Shown here in pieces: positions 17,243 to 27,133 of a stretch of 64,000 bases of DNA (positions are counted from its first letter, which is position 1; each line of letters begins with the position of its first letter). Source of the stretch: Actinomycetota bacterium (GTDB lineage: Bacteria > Actinomycetota > UBA4738 > HRBIN12); NCBI GenBank assembly GCA_046330185.1, contig JAXLTF010000013.1:16568-80567 (forward strand). The letters run 5' to 3'. The notes beneath the pieces are model-generated. The model was given only the letters and a program-made list of their open reading frames with translations, searched no databases and was not told where the DNA came from. The position numbers were made by a program, and so were the translations under genes.

Positions 17243-19104
17243 ATGCTACCCGACGCGCTACCGTCAGCCGTCATGGAGCCGGCCGCCGAACCGACGCGTT
17301 CGCGCTCGGACCTGGCCTGGCTGGGGGGCGTCGGGGCGATCGTCCTGGGGGTGATGCTCTGGCCCTACCTGCGCCACGGCTACCGGTTCGGCGTCGGCCC
17401 CGACATGCCCGTGTACCTGTGGTGGACCAGGGTCGGCGCGGCCGAGGGGCTCTCCCTCGTCGGCGAGCGACCCGGCATCCCGGCATCGCTCGCCGTCCTC
17501 GGCGGATCCCTCCACCTCCCCCTGGTCGCCGTCGCGGCCGGGCTCCAGGCGGCCCTGGGCACCGCGATCGGCGTGAGCGGCGCCGTCACGGTTCGCGGCC
17601 GAACACGCGATGTCCCCGAGCGGTTCGCGTGGGTCGCGGCGGGCGGGCTCGCCGGGCTGTTCACCGTGCACCTGGGCGCCGGATACCTGGCGAACCTCGC
17701 GTTCGTGCTGCTGTTCCTGGCGGCGGGGATCGCGCTCGCGAGCGCGGGACGCACGGCCGTCCCCGCGATCGCGACGGCGATCCTGCTGGGCGGGGGTGGC
17801 CTCGCGCACCCGCAGTTCTTCCTGGTGGGCGCGGCGATCCTCATGGGCGTCGCGATGTGGCAGCGGTCCGCGGAGGGTTCGGAGGACCCCATCGCGCGAC
17901 GGACCGTGATGGCCGTCGCGGGCGGCGGCGCCGGAGTGGCAGCGGGGCTCGCGTCGATGCTGGCCGGGCCGGCGAGGCTCGACGTCGACACGTCCAAGGA
18001 CGCCTTCCTCCGCCGCGCCGGGCTCACGGGGTCCCTGCGCTCCGCCTACCTCGATCGGTTCGTCCACCGATGGACGCGCTACGTGCAGGTCGTCTCGATC
18101 CCCCTGGCGGTCCCCGGGGCGTTGCGCACGACCGGCTTCACCGCGCGGTTCCTGGTCGGATGGGGGCTGGCGATGCTGGTGGGGGTGCCCATCGGGCTCG
18201 CCACGGGCTGGTACCCCGCGGACCGGCTGGTCACGTTCGCCTTCCCGGTCCCGGTCCTCGCGGGCGTGGGGCTCGCCTGGCTGTGGCGGCGGCTCGAGGC
18301 CCGCAGGGTCTGGGCGATGGCCGCTGTCGGCGTGCTCGCGGCGGCGATGGCCGCCGGCGCCTCGATCGCCTGGGGCCGGCAGGCGCCGTTCCTCACGCCG
18401 CTCGAGGTCGCCGCGGTCACCGAGGCCGGTCGCGTCGCGGACGCCGTCCCGCCCGGCACGCCCCTCGTGTTCGTCGTGGACGACGCCGACGCGACGGCGA
18501 CCTTCCTGGCCACCCGGGCCGCGAACGTGATCCGAGCCGCGGTTCCCCCAGACCGCGTGACCGACGTCTACGTGTTCGTCGGCACGCTCGAGGACCTGCG
18601 CGCCGGCAGGCCCACCGAGCGCGGGGATGCCGAGTACGACGAGCTGTCACGTCGTTCGCTCGCCGCGATCCCCACCGACGGGCCGGCGCCGCTGATCATC
18701 GTCCTGTCCCCGTTCAACCGCTCCGGGGTGGGTGGAGCGCAGGACTTGAATGAGTGGTCGTCGCGGGTTTCCGCCTCGATCCCCGGATCGCTCGACGACG
18801 CGCCGCAGGCCGCGATCCGCTCATGCCATCGTCTCCCGGAGGCATCGCGCTCGCCGCCACGGCGATCCTGGCGCTCCTTTGGGCCGTCGGCTACGGCTGG
18901 TCGCGCTGGGCCTTCGCGGATGGACCGACCGCCATCGCGCTGGCGCCGGCGTTCGGGGTCGCGACGCTGGTCGTGACCGCGATCGCGCTCGAGCGGCTCG
19001 GGCTATCGCTGTCCGGAAGCCTCGGCCCGACGCTCGTCGTCGCGGCCGCCGGCGGCGGGGGGTACCTCGTCCGGATGGTCGGCGAGCGGCGCGCCGGCGC
19101 GTAG
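17243..19104 (+). CDS. large polytopic membrane protein (possible GT-C-type envelope glycosyltransferase), with a frameshift near 18,760-18,830
   Basis: About 10 hydrophobic segments are followed by a soluble domain ('PLVFVVDDADATATFLATRAANVIR'). The terminal TM region 'GGIALAATAILALLWAVGYGWSRWAF...' is in the frame of ORF 18754-19104. The start is uncertain (17243, 17273 or later). Confidence 0.45.
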
Positions 19105-20655
19105 GCGCCGGGAGCCGTCGACGAGCAGCCACGCCATCGCCCCGATCACGACCGGGGTGATCACGTAGTGGCCGACCAGCACGTTGACGTCGTAAGCGGT
19201 CGGGAAGCGCGCGGGCTCCGCCGCCCATTGCGAGACGGCCAGGCACGTGGACACGACCAGTAGCACCGCCCTGGGAACGCGCGGCAGGAGCCATGCGAGC
19301 GGGAGCGCCCATGCCACGTACCAGGGCAACAGCACCGGGCCGAGGAGCATCAGCAGCAGCAGCGACGAGCCCCAGGCGGCGACCGCCTCGAGCGCGTCGC
19401 CGTCGGCCGGAGCCGCGGCACGCGGCGCCCGTCGCCAGACGGCGACGACGAGCCACGCGACCCCGGCCAGCAAGAGGCCGGCGAAGGCCACGCGCGCCAC
19501 GACGCCGAGCGCATCGCCTGAGACCCCGTCGAGGATCCGCCGGAAGAGCCGGGAGGGCGCGAGCCACCCCTCGTGGCCCGCGAGCTCGAGCATCCCGAGC
19601 GTCGGGTCGTGGAGCTGGAGGAACGGAGCGGCGACCACCAGGCCGATCGCGAGCGCGGGGCCGGCGCGCGTGAGGGCCGCGCGCGCACGCTCGTCGCGCG
19701 GCCGACGAGCGACGCACCATACGATCAGCAGGAGCAGCGGCAGCGCGGCCGTCGCCTTCACCAGCGCGGCGAGCGTCAGCACGACGACGGCCGCCAGCTC
19801 CCGGCGGGCCAGCAGCAGCCAGCACGCGCTCGCGATACCGAGCGCGACCCACAGGTCGTTGTGTCCGCTCGCCGCCGACTGGAACAGCACGACGGGGTTC
19901 AGCCCGAACGCGGCGACCGCGAACGCGGCGCGGCCGGGCCAGGCGCGGCGGGCGGTGACCAGGATCGCCCACGCCGTGCCCAGGCTCGCGGCGATCGCCA
20001 GCACGCGGAACGCGGTCACGAGCCCCTCGGCGGACGCGATCGAGCGGGCCAGCATCGCGGACGCGCCCGTGAACAGCGGGCCGTAAACGGCGGGCGTGTC
20101 GACCCACTTCGGCCCGACCAGCAGGGACAGCGGATCCTCCGGGAAGTCGGCGGGGGTCGCCACGTACGGGTTCGCGCCGTGGACACCGGCGATCCGCCCG
20201 TAGAGGGCGTACGAGTACACGTCACGCGAGAACAACAACGGCAGCACAAGGACCACGACGTGGTAGGCGACCGTCAGCGCGAAGACGGCGCGAACGCTCA
20301 CGCGACCCTGCCACGCGGCGCGGAGCACGACGAGGAACGAGCCGGCGGCCACCGCGACCGCGACCACTCCGGCGGCCGCGAGCGCCGGGCCGCTCAACGC
20401 GTCCAGCCCGAGCGCCCGGGCCAGCCAGGCGAAGGGACCGGTCGGCTCGAGGGCGTCGGGGAGCACCGGCTGCAGGGGCGAGCCGGGCACGCTCGCGACG
20501 AGGGCCACCAGCGTCACGCCCAGGACCGACGACGCGATCGCGAGGCTGGCGCTCCGGGACGGATCGCGGGGGCGCTGCACCGCCGCGGACGCTACCACCT
20601 GCACAGATGCGACCTTCGGCGGACCCGCCGCCGCCCTTCGGCCTAGGGACCGCAA
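19003..20655 (-). CDS. GT-C-family membrane glycosyltransferase (polyprenol-phosphate-mannose-dependent mannosyltransferase/MptB-like)
   Basis: A 550-aa polytopic protein. 'FSRDVYSYALYGRIAGVHGANPYVATPADFP' resembles the conserved first periplasmic loop of actinobacterial MptB/DUF2029-type mannosyltransferases. Confidence 0.5.
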   Translation of the reverse strand: MRSLGRRAAAGPPKVASVQVVASAAVQRPRDPSRSASLAIASSVLGVTLVALVASVPGSPLQPVLPDALEPTGPFAWLARALGLDALSGPALAAAGVVAVAVAAGSFLVVLRAAWQGRVSVRAVFALTVAYHVVVLVLPLLFSRDVYSYALYGRIAGVHGANPYVATPADFPEDPLSLLVGPKWVDTPAVYGPLFTGASAMLARSIASAEGLVTAFRVLAIAASLGTAWAILVTARRAWPGRAAFAVAAFGLNPVVLFQSAASGHNDLWVALGIASACWLLLARRELAAVVVLTLAALVKATAALPLLLLIVWCVARRPRDERARAALTRAGPALAIGLVVAAPFLQLHDPTLGMLELAGHEGWLAPSRLFRRILDGVSGDALGVVARVAFAGLLLAGVAWLVVAVWRRAPRAAAPADGDALEAVAAWGSSLLLLMLLGPVLLPWYVAWALPLAWLLPRVPRAVLLVVSTCLAVSQWAAEPARFPTAYDVNVLVGHYVITPVVIGAMAWLLVDGSRRLRAGAPLADHPDEVPPAAGGRDDERRAEASGQR

Positions 20656-20802
20656 CGCGATCCGGGGCGATACTCGCCGGACAGGGATGCCGTGCCCGAC
20701 CCGCGGCGCACCGCACGGCCCGGACCGTCATCCCGCCACTGCCCAAGGCCGACGGCCCGCGAGCTGACCCCTCGCGGGTCGCCTGGCGTCGGGGCCGGTG
20801 CG

Positions 20803-22023
20803 TCAGTTCGAGGAGCCGCCCGGTCTCGGTCGCTCGAAGCGTCCGAAGATCGCGACCAGCCCGACCAGGATGGCGCCCGGCACGACGAGCCAGACGACCC
20901 GCTGGAGCCACCACGACGGCGTCGAGTCGTGATCGCGACCCAGACCGAGCGGCCACAGGAGCAGGATCGCCAGCAGGTAGGCCGTCATGTGCCACAGGAA
21001 CAGCGTCATGATCACGCCGTTCACCAGCACCGTGAACCCCCACGGGCGCGCGCGCTGGAGCCACCGGCTGAGCCAGGGCCGAAGGAGCATCACGGCGCCG
21101 ATCGCCCAGATCCCCGCGGCCATGAAGCACACGGTCGGCGGGTACGCGTTCGAGACCTGCTCGACGTCGGTGCCCAGCAGGCTCTTGGGGTAGGAGCCGA
21201 TCCCCGGGAACCAGGTGAACCTGACATCGCCGAACGGCTCGAACACCCACGGGTTCGTGAGCAGCACGAGCGTGCCCAGCCCCGCCGCGACCATCAGCCA
21301 GTAGGTGCGCCGCGGCTGTGCCGTGAGCGAGCCGTCCGCGTAGGAATGCCCGAGCTGGTGCGGCAGCAGCAGGACGAACGCGACGTTCAGCCAGCGCACG
21401 GCCGGATGTCCGAAACCGAACGCGACGACGTCGACCGCGATCGTGCCCGCGATCATGGCCGCCGGCACCCACAGACGGAAGCGGCGATGGAGCCAGACGG
21501 TGGCGGGGCTGATCGCCACGACTACCACGTAGACCGCGAGGAACCATAGGGGCCCGAACGGGAGCGTGGACCCGGGCGGCAGGTTCCAGCGGAGCAGCCG
21601 GGTGTCTCCCCACAGCGGCGGTCCGGTGGTCCGCCCGACGTCGGCCAGGTGCAGGATCACCTCCACGACCGCCCAGACGCCCAGGAACACGAGCGATGGG
21701 CGAAGGAGCCGAACCTCGCGGCCGCGGACGAACGACCAGGTCGACCCGCCGCGCCGCCGGGTCGCGTCCAGCGCCACCAGGTTCGAGAAACCGCCGACGA
21801 AGAAGAAGACCGGCATCACCTGCAGGAACCAGGTCGCGAGCCACAGGTACGACGTCACCCCGATCGCGCTCGTCATGTACAGGAGCCCGTCCTGCCACCA
21901 CAAGATCCCGATGAACCAGTGGCCGATGACGACCGCGAGGATGCTCAGGGCGCGCAGGAAGTCGACGTAGCGATCGCGCGAAGCGGGCGTCCGCGCCGCG
22001 AGCGACGCGACCTGGTGCCGCAC
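20803..22023 (-). CDS. acyltransferase family 3 (OafA-like) membrane protein
   Basis: 'RDRYVDFLRALSILAVVIGHWF' (the conserved R...H of acyltransferase-3) and ~10 TM segments. Confidence 0.75.
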   Translation of the reverse strand: MRHQVASLAARTPASRDRYVDFLRALSILAVVIGHWFIGILWWQDGLLYMTSAIGVTSYLWLATWFLQVMPVFFFVGGFSNLVALDATRRRGGSTWSFVRGREVRLLRPSLVFLGVWAVVEVILHLADVGRTTGPPLWGDTRLLRWNLPPGSTLPFGPLWFLAVYVVVVAISPATVWLHRRFRLWVPAAMIAGTIAVDVVAFGFGHPAVRWLNVAFVLLLPHQLGHSYADGSLTAQPRRTYWLMVAAGLGTLVLLTNPWVFEPFGDVRFTWFPGIGSYPKSLLGTDVEQVSNAYPPTVCFMAAGIWAIGAVMLLRPWLSRWLQRARPWGFTVLVNGVIMTLFLWHMTAYLLAILLLWPLGLGRDHDSTPSWWLQRVVWLVVPGAILVGLVAIFGRFERPRPGGSSN

Positions 22024-22086
22024 GCCTCCGGTTCTACCTCACTATCCGGCTGGACGCGACCACGCGCCGTCGACGATGCTGGGGCG

Positions 22087-22449
22087 ATGGAGGAGTCACC
22101 GAACGACCAGCCGGGCGCCGACGACCTCGCGCGGCCCGAGGGCCCGCCGGATCGCCCACGGTCCACGGGACCGGCGCACGAGGGGGCGCCGATCGGGATC
22201 GCGATCGGGTTCGTGTCCGCGATCGGGTTCGCCGGTCTCGCGTTCCTGATGGCGTTCGCGTTCTTCGCGGCGGTCGCGATCTACGCGCTCGTCAAGGCGA
22301 TCGGCGGCGGCGAGGGCTCGGGCAACGCGGTCGTGGTCGTCCTGACGACCGTGTTCCTGCTGACGCTGTTCGTCGCCCTGCTGCTCGTCGGGATCGGCAA
22401 GCTCGGCGGCTCGCTCTCACCGAAGAAGCGGCGCCGCGAGGACGCCTGA
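22087..22449 (+). CDS. hypothetical small membrane protein (120 aa)
   Basis: An ATG ORF with two clear TM helices ('IGIAIGFVSAIGFAGLAFLMAFAFFAAVAIYALV', 'VVVVLTTVFLLTLFVALLLVGIG') and a basic tail. Confidence 0.45.
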   Translation: MEESPNDQPGADDLARPEGPPDRPRSTGPAHEGAPIGIAIGFVSAIGFAGLAFLMAFAFFAAVAIYALVKAIGGGEGSGNAVVVVLTTVFLLTLFVALLLVGIGKLGGSLSPKKRRREDA

Positions 22450-22465
22450 CCCGTCGACCGGGCCG

Positions 22466-22657
22466 TCATCGCCCGGTGGGGCGAGCGAGCGAACGGGAAC
22501 GCCGAGATCCAGCCCTCGCCGGCCGGGACGCGCGGGCGATCTGGGCGTTGGCGCGATACCAGCGCGCGACGGCGAACCATCCGGCCGCCCGGTCGAAGCG
22601 CCCGGCCGTCACCGCATCGGCGAAGGCCCGCTCGATCCGCTCCATCGTTCGATCCAC
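22466..22657 (-). CDS. hypothetical small protein (63 aa)
   Basis: A GTG start lies 4-5 nt after a strong GGAAGGGGAAGGG ribosome-binding site. The first ~40 aa ('MERIERAFADAVTAGRFDRAAGWFAVARWYRANAQ') look like a real helical protein. The tail may be frame-shifted. Confidence 0.35.
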   Translation of the reverse strand: MDRTMERIERAFADAVTAGRFDRAAGWFAVARWYRANAQIARASRPARAGSRRSRSLARPTGR

Positions 22658-22826
22658 GAACCCTTCCCCTTCCGACCGACCGGCCCCGGAACACGACGAG
22701 GCCGCGACGGGAACCCCTCCCCTCGTCGCGGCCTCCGGGCGTCTGGTCGGCTTCGGTCTTCCGGAACCAACCTAGTGCGTCGGGCCGGTCACGCGGCCGG
22801 ATCGGACCCCTCGTCACGGCTTCTCC

Positions 22827-23747
22827 ATGTCTCTAGTCTCGGGCTCGGTGGCGCACCGTCTGCTCCTGGACGTCTCGAGCCTGGGCTACCGGGCGTTCTT
22901 CGCGCTGCGCGACGTCGTCCGGGGGCCTGACGGCACCCCGGTGGGCGCGGTCCACGGCTACCTCGACATGGTCACCCGGCTAGTCGCGACGCGGCGGCCG
23001 GACGAGGTCGTGCACGTCTACGACCACGACTGGCGTCCATCCGCTCGAACCGACCTGTACGCCGGCTACAAGGCGAACCGTCCGCCGGACCCGGAGGGAT
23101 TGCCGGAGCAGTTCGAGCTCATGCGGCGCGCGCTGGACCTCACCGGGATGCTGCAGGCGCAGGCGCCCGGCTGGGAGGCCGAGGACGCGATCGGCGCGTT
23201 CGCGGTCGAGGCTCGCGACACCGACGTCATCGAGATGGTCAGCGGCGATCGCGACCTGATCCAGCTCGTGCGCGATCCGTCGGTCCGCCTGCTGTTCACG
23301 GTCCGCGGCGTCTCCGAGCTGCTCGAGCTCGACGAGGCCGCGGTGCTCGCGAAGTACGCGGTCCCGGCCTCTCGCTACGCCGACTTCGCGATCCTACGTG
23401 GCGACCCGTCGGACGGTCTCCCCGGGGTGCACGGCGTCGGCGAGAAGACGGCGGCGGCGCTGATCCAGACCTACGCCTCGCTGGAGGAGCTACTGGACGA
23501 TGCGCAGACCGACGCGCCGCGGCCCGGACCGCTCAAGGGCAAGCCGGCGCTCCGGGCACGGCTCCGCGAAGACCGTGGGTACGTCGAGACGATGCAGCGG
23601 CTCGTCCCGATCAACCTGGACGCGCCGCTCGACGTGTGGGCCGGCGATCGCGACGACGAGGCGCTGAAGGCGCTCGCCGAGGAACATGGGTTCCGCGGGC
23701 CGGCCCTTCGTCTGCTGGCCGCGCTCGACAGCGCGGGTGCCGGCTGA
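22827..23747 (+). CDS. 5'-3' exonuclease (FEN/Pol I N-terminal-domain family)
   Basis: PIN-like 'LLLDVSSLGYRAFFAL', 'YKANRPPDPEGLPEQF', 'WEAEDAIGAF', 'SGDRDLIQLV' and the H3TH motif 'GDPSDGLPGVHGVGEKTAAALIQTYASLEELL'. Confidence 0.85.
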   Translation: MSLVSGSVAHRLLLDVSSLGYRAFFALRDVVRGPDGTPVGAVHGYLDMVTRLVATRRPDEVVHVYDHDWRPSARTDLYAGYKANRPPDPEGLPEQFELMRRALDLTGMLQAQAPGWEAEDAIGAFAVEARDTDVIEMVSGDRDLIQLVRDPSVRLLFTVRGVSELLELDEAAVLAKYAVPASRYADFAILRGDPSDGLPGVHGVGEKTAAALIQTYASLEELLDDAQTDAPRPGPLKGKPALRARLREDRGYVETMQRLVPINLDAPLDVWAGDRDDEALKALAEEHGFRGPALRLLAALDSAGAG

Positions 23748-23784
23748 CCGGGCGCCGACCCCCGCGAGCTAGGGTTGGCCCGCC

Positions 23785-24597
23785 ATGGACGACGTCGGAA
23801 CACCTTCCGCGGAGGTCGTGCGGCTGGACCGGGCCGAGATCGTCGTGGACGGCCGCCGGATCCTGGGTCCCGTCGACCTCGTCGTACATGCGGGAGAGCG
23901 CTGGGTCCTACTCGGGCCGAACGGCTCGGGCAAGACGACGCTCCTCGGCCTCGCCGGGGCGCGCCGGCACCCCACCTCCGGATCCGCCACGATCCTCGGA
24001 TCGACCCTGGGGCGAGGCGACATCCGCGCGCTCCATCCGCGGATCGGACACGGGTCGCACGCCCTGGCTGAGCTGATGCCGCGGCACCTCAGCGCGATCG
24101 ACGTCGTGCTGACCGGGCGACGGTCCTCGCTGGTGACGTGGCTCCAGCCGTACGACGACGAGGACCGTCGGATGGCGCTCGATCGGCTCGCCGAGGCCGG
24201 CTGCGCGAGGTTCGCGGCGCGCACGTTCACGACGCTCAGCCAGGGTGAGCGGCAGCGGGTGATGTTGGCACGCGCCCTGGCCGGCGATCCCGAGCTGCTG
24301 ATCCTCGATGAGCCGGCCGCCGGGCTGGACCTGCCCGCGCGGGAGGCGCTGATCGCCGCGCTCGAGGCGGCGGCCGCGCATCCGGACGGACCGGCGATGC
24401 TGATCGCGACGCACCACCTCGAGGAGATCCCGCCCTCCGCGACGCACGCCGCGCTGCTCCGCGAGGCCGAGCTCGTCGCCGCGGGCCCGATCGAGACGGT
24501 GCTCACCGAGGCGAGCCTTAGCGCGAACTTCGACCTGCCGGGGCTCGAGATCGGACGCCGGCGGGGACGCTGGTGGGCGGCCGCGTCGCCGGGCTGA
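23785..24597 (+). CDS. stand-alone ABC-type ATPase (no adjacent permease)
   Basis: Walker A 'GPNGSGKTT', signature 'LSQGERQRVMLARAL', Walker B 'LLILDEPAAGLD' and H-loop 'IATHH'. Confidence 0.8.
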   Translation: MDDVGTPSAEVVRLDRAEIVVDGRRILGPVDLVVHAGERWVLLGPNGSGKTTLLGLAGARRHPTSGSATILGSTLGRGDIRALHPRIGHGSHALAELMPRHLSAIDVVLTGRRSSLVTWLQPYDDEDRRMALDRLAEAGCARFAARTFTTLSQGERQRVMLARALAGDPELLILDEPAAGLDLPAREALIAALEAAAAHPDGPAMLIATHHLEEIPPSATHAALLREAELVAAGPIETVLTEASLSANFDLPGLEIGRRRGRWWAAASPG

Positions 24598-24604
24598 GGC
24601 GCGC

Positions 24605-26128
24605 TCAGCGCACGATGCGCAGGTCCGTCCCGGCCAGCACGTCGTACCCGTCGTCCGCCAGCAGGTAGACGCGGTAGCGGCCGGGCCGCAACGGCCACGG
24701 GCCCTCGCTCGCCGCGTCCAGCCGTTCCGCCCCCTGGATCGAAGCGTCCGTGTAGAACCACGTCAGGTACTGGTCGATGTTCGGGTCGGCGCCTCGCCGG
24801 TACACGCCGATCCAGTCCCATCGCTGGCCGGGCGCGTTCGCCCAGCGGACCACGATCGGGCGCCCGGTCCGAACGACGTCGTGCGCGAGCGTCACGACCG
24901 GCCCCTGACCGGGCGCGGCCAGCCAGAACCGCGAGCGCGACAGCACCGTCGTCGGCGTCCGCAGCGCGACCCGATAAGCCCCCGGCGCCAGGTCATCGGT
25001 CGGCACGTCGACGGTCCCGTCCTCGACCGCCCCGGTCGGGACGCTGACGAGCGGCGCGTCGTCGCCCGGGCGGGTCACGACCACCGACGCGTCGCTCCCC
25101 GCCGGGGCGTGGAACACGAGCCCCATCGGGACGCCGGTCTCGCCGAGCCGACGCTCGGGCGCGACGAAGGTCGGCGGCGTCCCGGGATCGACCTCCACGG
25201 TCGACACGACGCCGCGGTGGTCCGTCGGCCACGGGTCGATCGCGATGTCGACGCCGGGCCCTCCGGGCTCGCCGACCACCAGGCTCTCGAGGGTCCGCAC
25301 CGCTCCCGCCGCGTACACGAAGTCGATCCGGTCGCGCGGCGCGTTCGGGCCGGGGTTCCAGCCCTCGACCTTCTGCCGGCCGCTCGGCCACGTGATCCCC
25401 TCGTCCGCGACGGGATCGGGGTTTGCGTCGCGGTACGTGTCGCGGAACCCCGATCGCTCGACGAAAGCGCTGACGGGCCAGTGGACCGGGTAGCGGACCT
25501 GCGGCCTGAGACCGACCGTCGCGGCGGTCCAGTCCTGGTGCGAGGGCGCGTTGAAGTCCCCAAGCAGGAACGTGGGGATGCCCGCGTCCGCGAGCCCTGC
25601 GAGGGCCCGCACCGAGGGTCGGACGGCGGGCACGCGGACGCGCCGTTCGATCTCGAGGATCTCCGAACGGGGAGCCCCGCGCAGGATCAGGTTCGGGCTG
25701 TAGGGGCCCGCGGGCAGGTGGACGTTGCCGATCGCCACCACCCGGCCCGGTGCGATCTGCACGAACAGGTACAGGCCGTCGCCGCCGGGCGGGTCGATCA
25801 GCGGGTAGCGCGAGACGACCTGGAGCCGGGCGTCGTAGTGGTACCCGAGCGCCTCGGCGAGCCTGCGCATGTTGCCCCAGCTCTCCTCGATCGCCACCAC
25901 GTCAGCGTCCGCCGCCTGGATCGCCTCGACGACGCTCTCGAACCTGATGAGGGTGCCGCCGTACTCGATGTTGAACTCCATCACCCGCAGCGTGACGGGG
26001 GCGGCCCGCTCCGGCCTGCCGGATGCGGACATGGCCGCGTCCGCGGTGCCCGCCACGGAAAGCGACACGCCCACCAGGCAGAGGGCGATCGCGAGGAGCG
26101 CCGGGTTCCTGGACAGCCTGCGCGACAT
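24605..26128 (-). CDS. secreted endonuclease/exonuclease/phosphatase (EEP) family protein with a C-terminal beta-sandwich region
   Basis: The ATG at 26128 follows a GGGAGGGAG ribosome-binding site. There is a signal peptide 'MSRRLSRNPALLAIALCLVGVSLSVAGTADA'. EEP motifs are 'LRVMEFNIEYGG', 'DADVVAIEE', 'LLGDFNAP' and 'DRIDFVY...TDHRGVV'. The 822-aa track ORF is an over-extension. Confidence 0.75.
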   Translation of the reverse strand: MSRRLSRNPALLAIALCLVGVSLSVAGTADAAMSASGRPERAAPVTLRVMEFNIEYGGTLIRFESVVEAIQAADADVVAIEESWGNMRRLAEALGYHYDARLQVVSRYPLIDPPGGDGLYLFVQIAPGRVVAIGNVHLPAGPYSPNLILRGAPRSEILEIERRVRVPAVRPSVRALAGLADAGIPTFLLGDFNAPSHQDWTAATVGLRPQVRYPVHWPVSAFVERSGFRDTYRDANPDPVADEGITWPSGRQKVEGWNPGPNAPRDRIDFVYAAGAVRTLESLVVGEPGGPGVDIAIDPWPTDHRGVVSTVEVDPGTPPTFVAPERRLGETGVPMGLVFHAPAGSDASVVVTRPGDDAPLVSVPTGAVEDGTVDVPTDDLAPGAYRVALRTPTTVLSRSRFWLAAPGQGPVVTLAHDVVRTGRPIVVRWANAPGQRWDWIGVYRRGADPNIDQYLTWFYTDASIQGAERLDAASEGPWPLRPGRYRVYLLADDGYDVLAGTDLRIVR

Positions 26129-26224
26129 CGTCTCCCTCCCGTCTGCTGAGCGGCCCGCTCCGCCCGCGCGGCCGGACGAGCCGCCCCGCGCGCGCGGGCA
26201 GCCTATAGCGTCGACGGGCACGGG

Positions 26225-26254
26225 TTGACGGGTCGGCGGTCCTTCGAGAATACT
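26225..26254 (+). promoter_or_regulatory. putative housekeeping-sigma promoter of the transketolase operon (TTGACG-N18-AATACT)
   Basis: -35 TTGACG is at 26225-26230 and a -10-like AATACT at 26249-26254. The extended -35 context GTTGACGGGT(C)GGCG recurs at 36265-36279. Confidence 0.35.
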
Positions 26255-26265
26255 GCCGCTCGTCA

Positions 26266-26286
26266 GTGAGCAGGTTATCTGCTCAC
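26266..26286. promoter_or_regulatory. perfect 8-5-8 palindromic operator GTGAGCAG-GTTAT-CTGCTCAC (site 1)
   Basis: Read directly. It lies between the putative promoter and the transketolase start. It shares the motif GCAGGTTATC / GTGAGCAGG with sites at 30069, 34818 and 36284. Confidence 0.65.
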
Positions 26287-26301
26287 CTTCTGACCGAGGG
26301 G

Positions 26302-27133
26302 GTGACCCACGGAGCTGGGAGCGGTATCCGAGCGAACGAGGTCGACCGACCTGGCCAAGCGGATCCGCCGCAGCGTGATCCGCATGGCGGCCGGCAAGGG
26401 CGAGGGATACGTCGGGCAGGGTCTGGACGCGGCGGACATCCTGGCCGTGCTCTTCGGCTCCGAGATGCGCTACGACCCCCTCGATCGGTCTCCGAGCACC
26501 GACCGCCTGATCTTCTCCGCCGGGCACTACTCGATCGGGCTCTGGGCCGCGCTGGCCGAGACCGGGCACCTCGAAGGCTACGACCTCGGGTCGTACGGGG
26601 CGGACGGCGCGACGCTGATCATGTCCACGCACGAGGGCCACCCGCCGCCGATCGAGCTGACCGGGGGGTCCCTCGCCCACGGGCTGGGGGTCGCGGCCGG
26701 CCTGGCGCTCGGGTACCGGATGAAGGGCCACGAGGCACGGATCTTCGCGTTCACGACCGACGGGGAGGTCCAGGAGGGCTCGACCTGGGAGGCCGCGATG
26801 TTCGCGGGATCTCAGCGGCTGGGCAACCTCGTGAACGTCGTGGACGTCAATCGCGTCCAGGCGGACGGCGACCTCGTGCTCGAGATCGAGCCGCATGCGG
26901 ACAAGTGGCGCGCGTTCGGCTGGTGGGCACAGGACGTGGACGGGAACGATGTCGGCGCGTTGCTGGCGGCGTTCGCCCGCGCTCGTGAGGTGACGGACCG
27001 TCCCAAGGCCGTCATCGCGCGGACGACGCTCGGGTTCGGCGTGCCGATGATCATGGAACGCGAGCGGAACCATTTCGTCCGGGTGGGCGACGACGAGTGG
27101 GACGAGGTCGCCAGGCAGCTCGAGGCCTCATGA
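26302..27133 (+). CDS. transketolase, N-terminal (ThDP-binding) subunit; a 1-nt indel follows the probable start
   Basis: 'GEGYVGQGLDAADILAVLF', 'SAGHYSIGLWAAL' and 'GSLAHGLGVAAGLAL...FTTDGEVQEGSTWEAAMFA' match split-transketolase N subunits. The conserved N-terminal 'TELGAVSERTRSTDLAKRIRRSVIRM' comes into frame with the GTG at 26302 only if the CCC run at 26306-26308 is CC. The start is uncertain because the ribosome-binding site is too close. Confidence 0.75.

Noticed and set aside
19003-19104. The 100-nt convergent overlap between the two GT-C-like membrane protein genes was considered as a regulatory antisense arrangement.
   Set aside because: The upstream gene's C-terminus is already affected by a frameshift, and both termini are low-complexity. 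The overlap is most simply an end-definition artefact.
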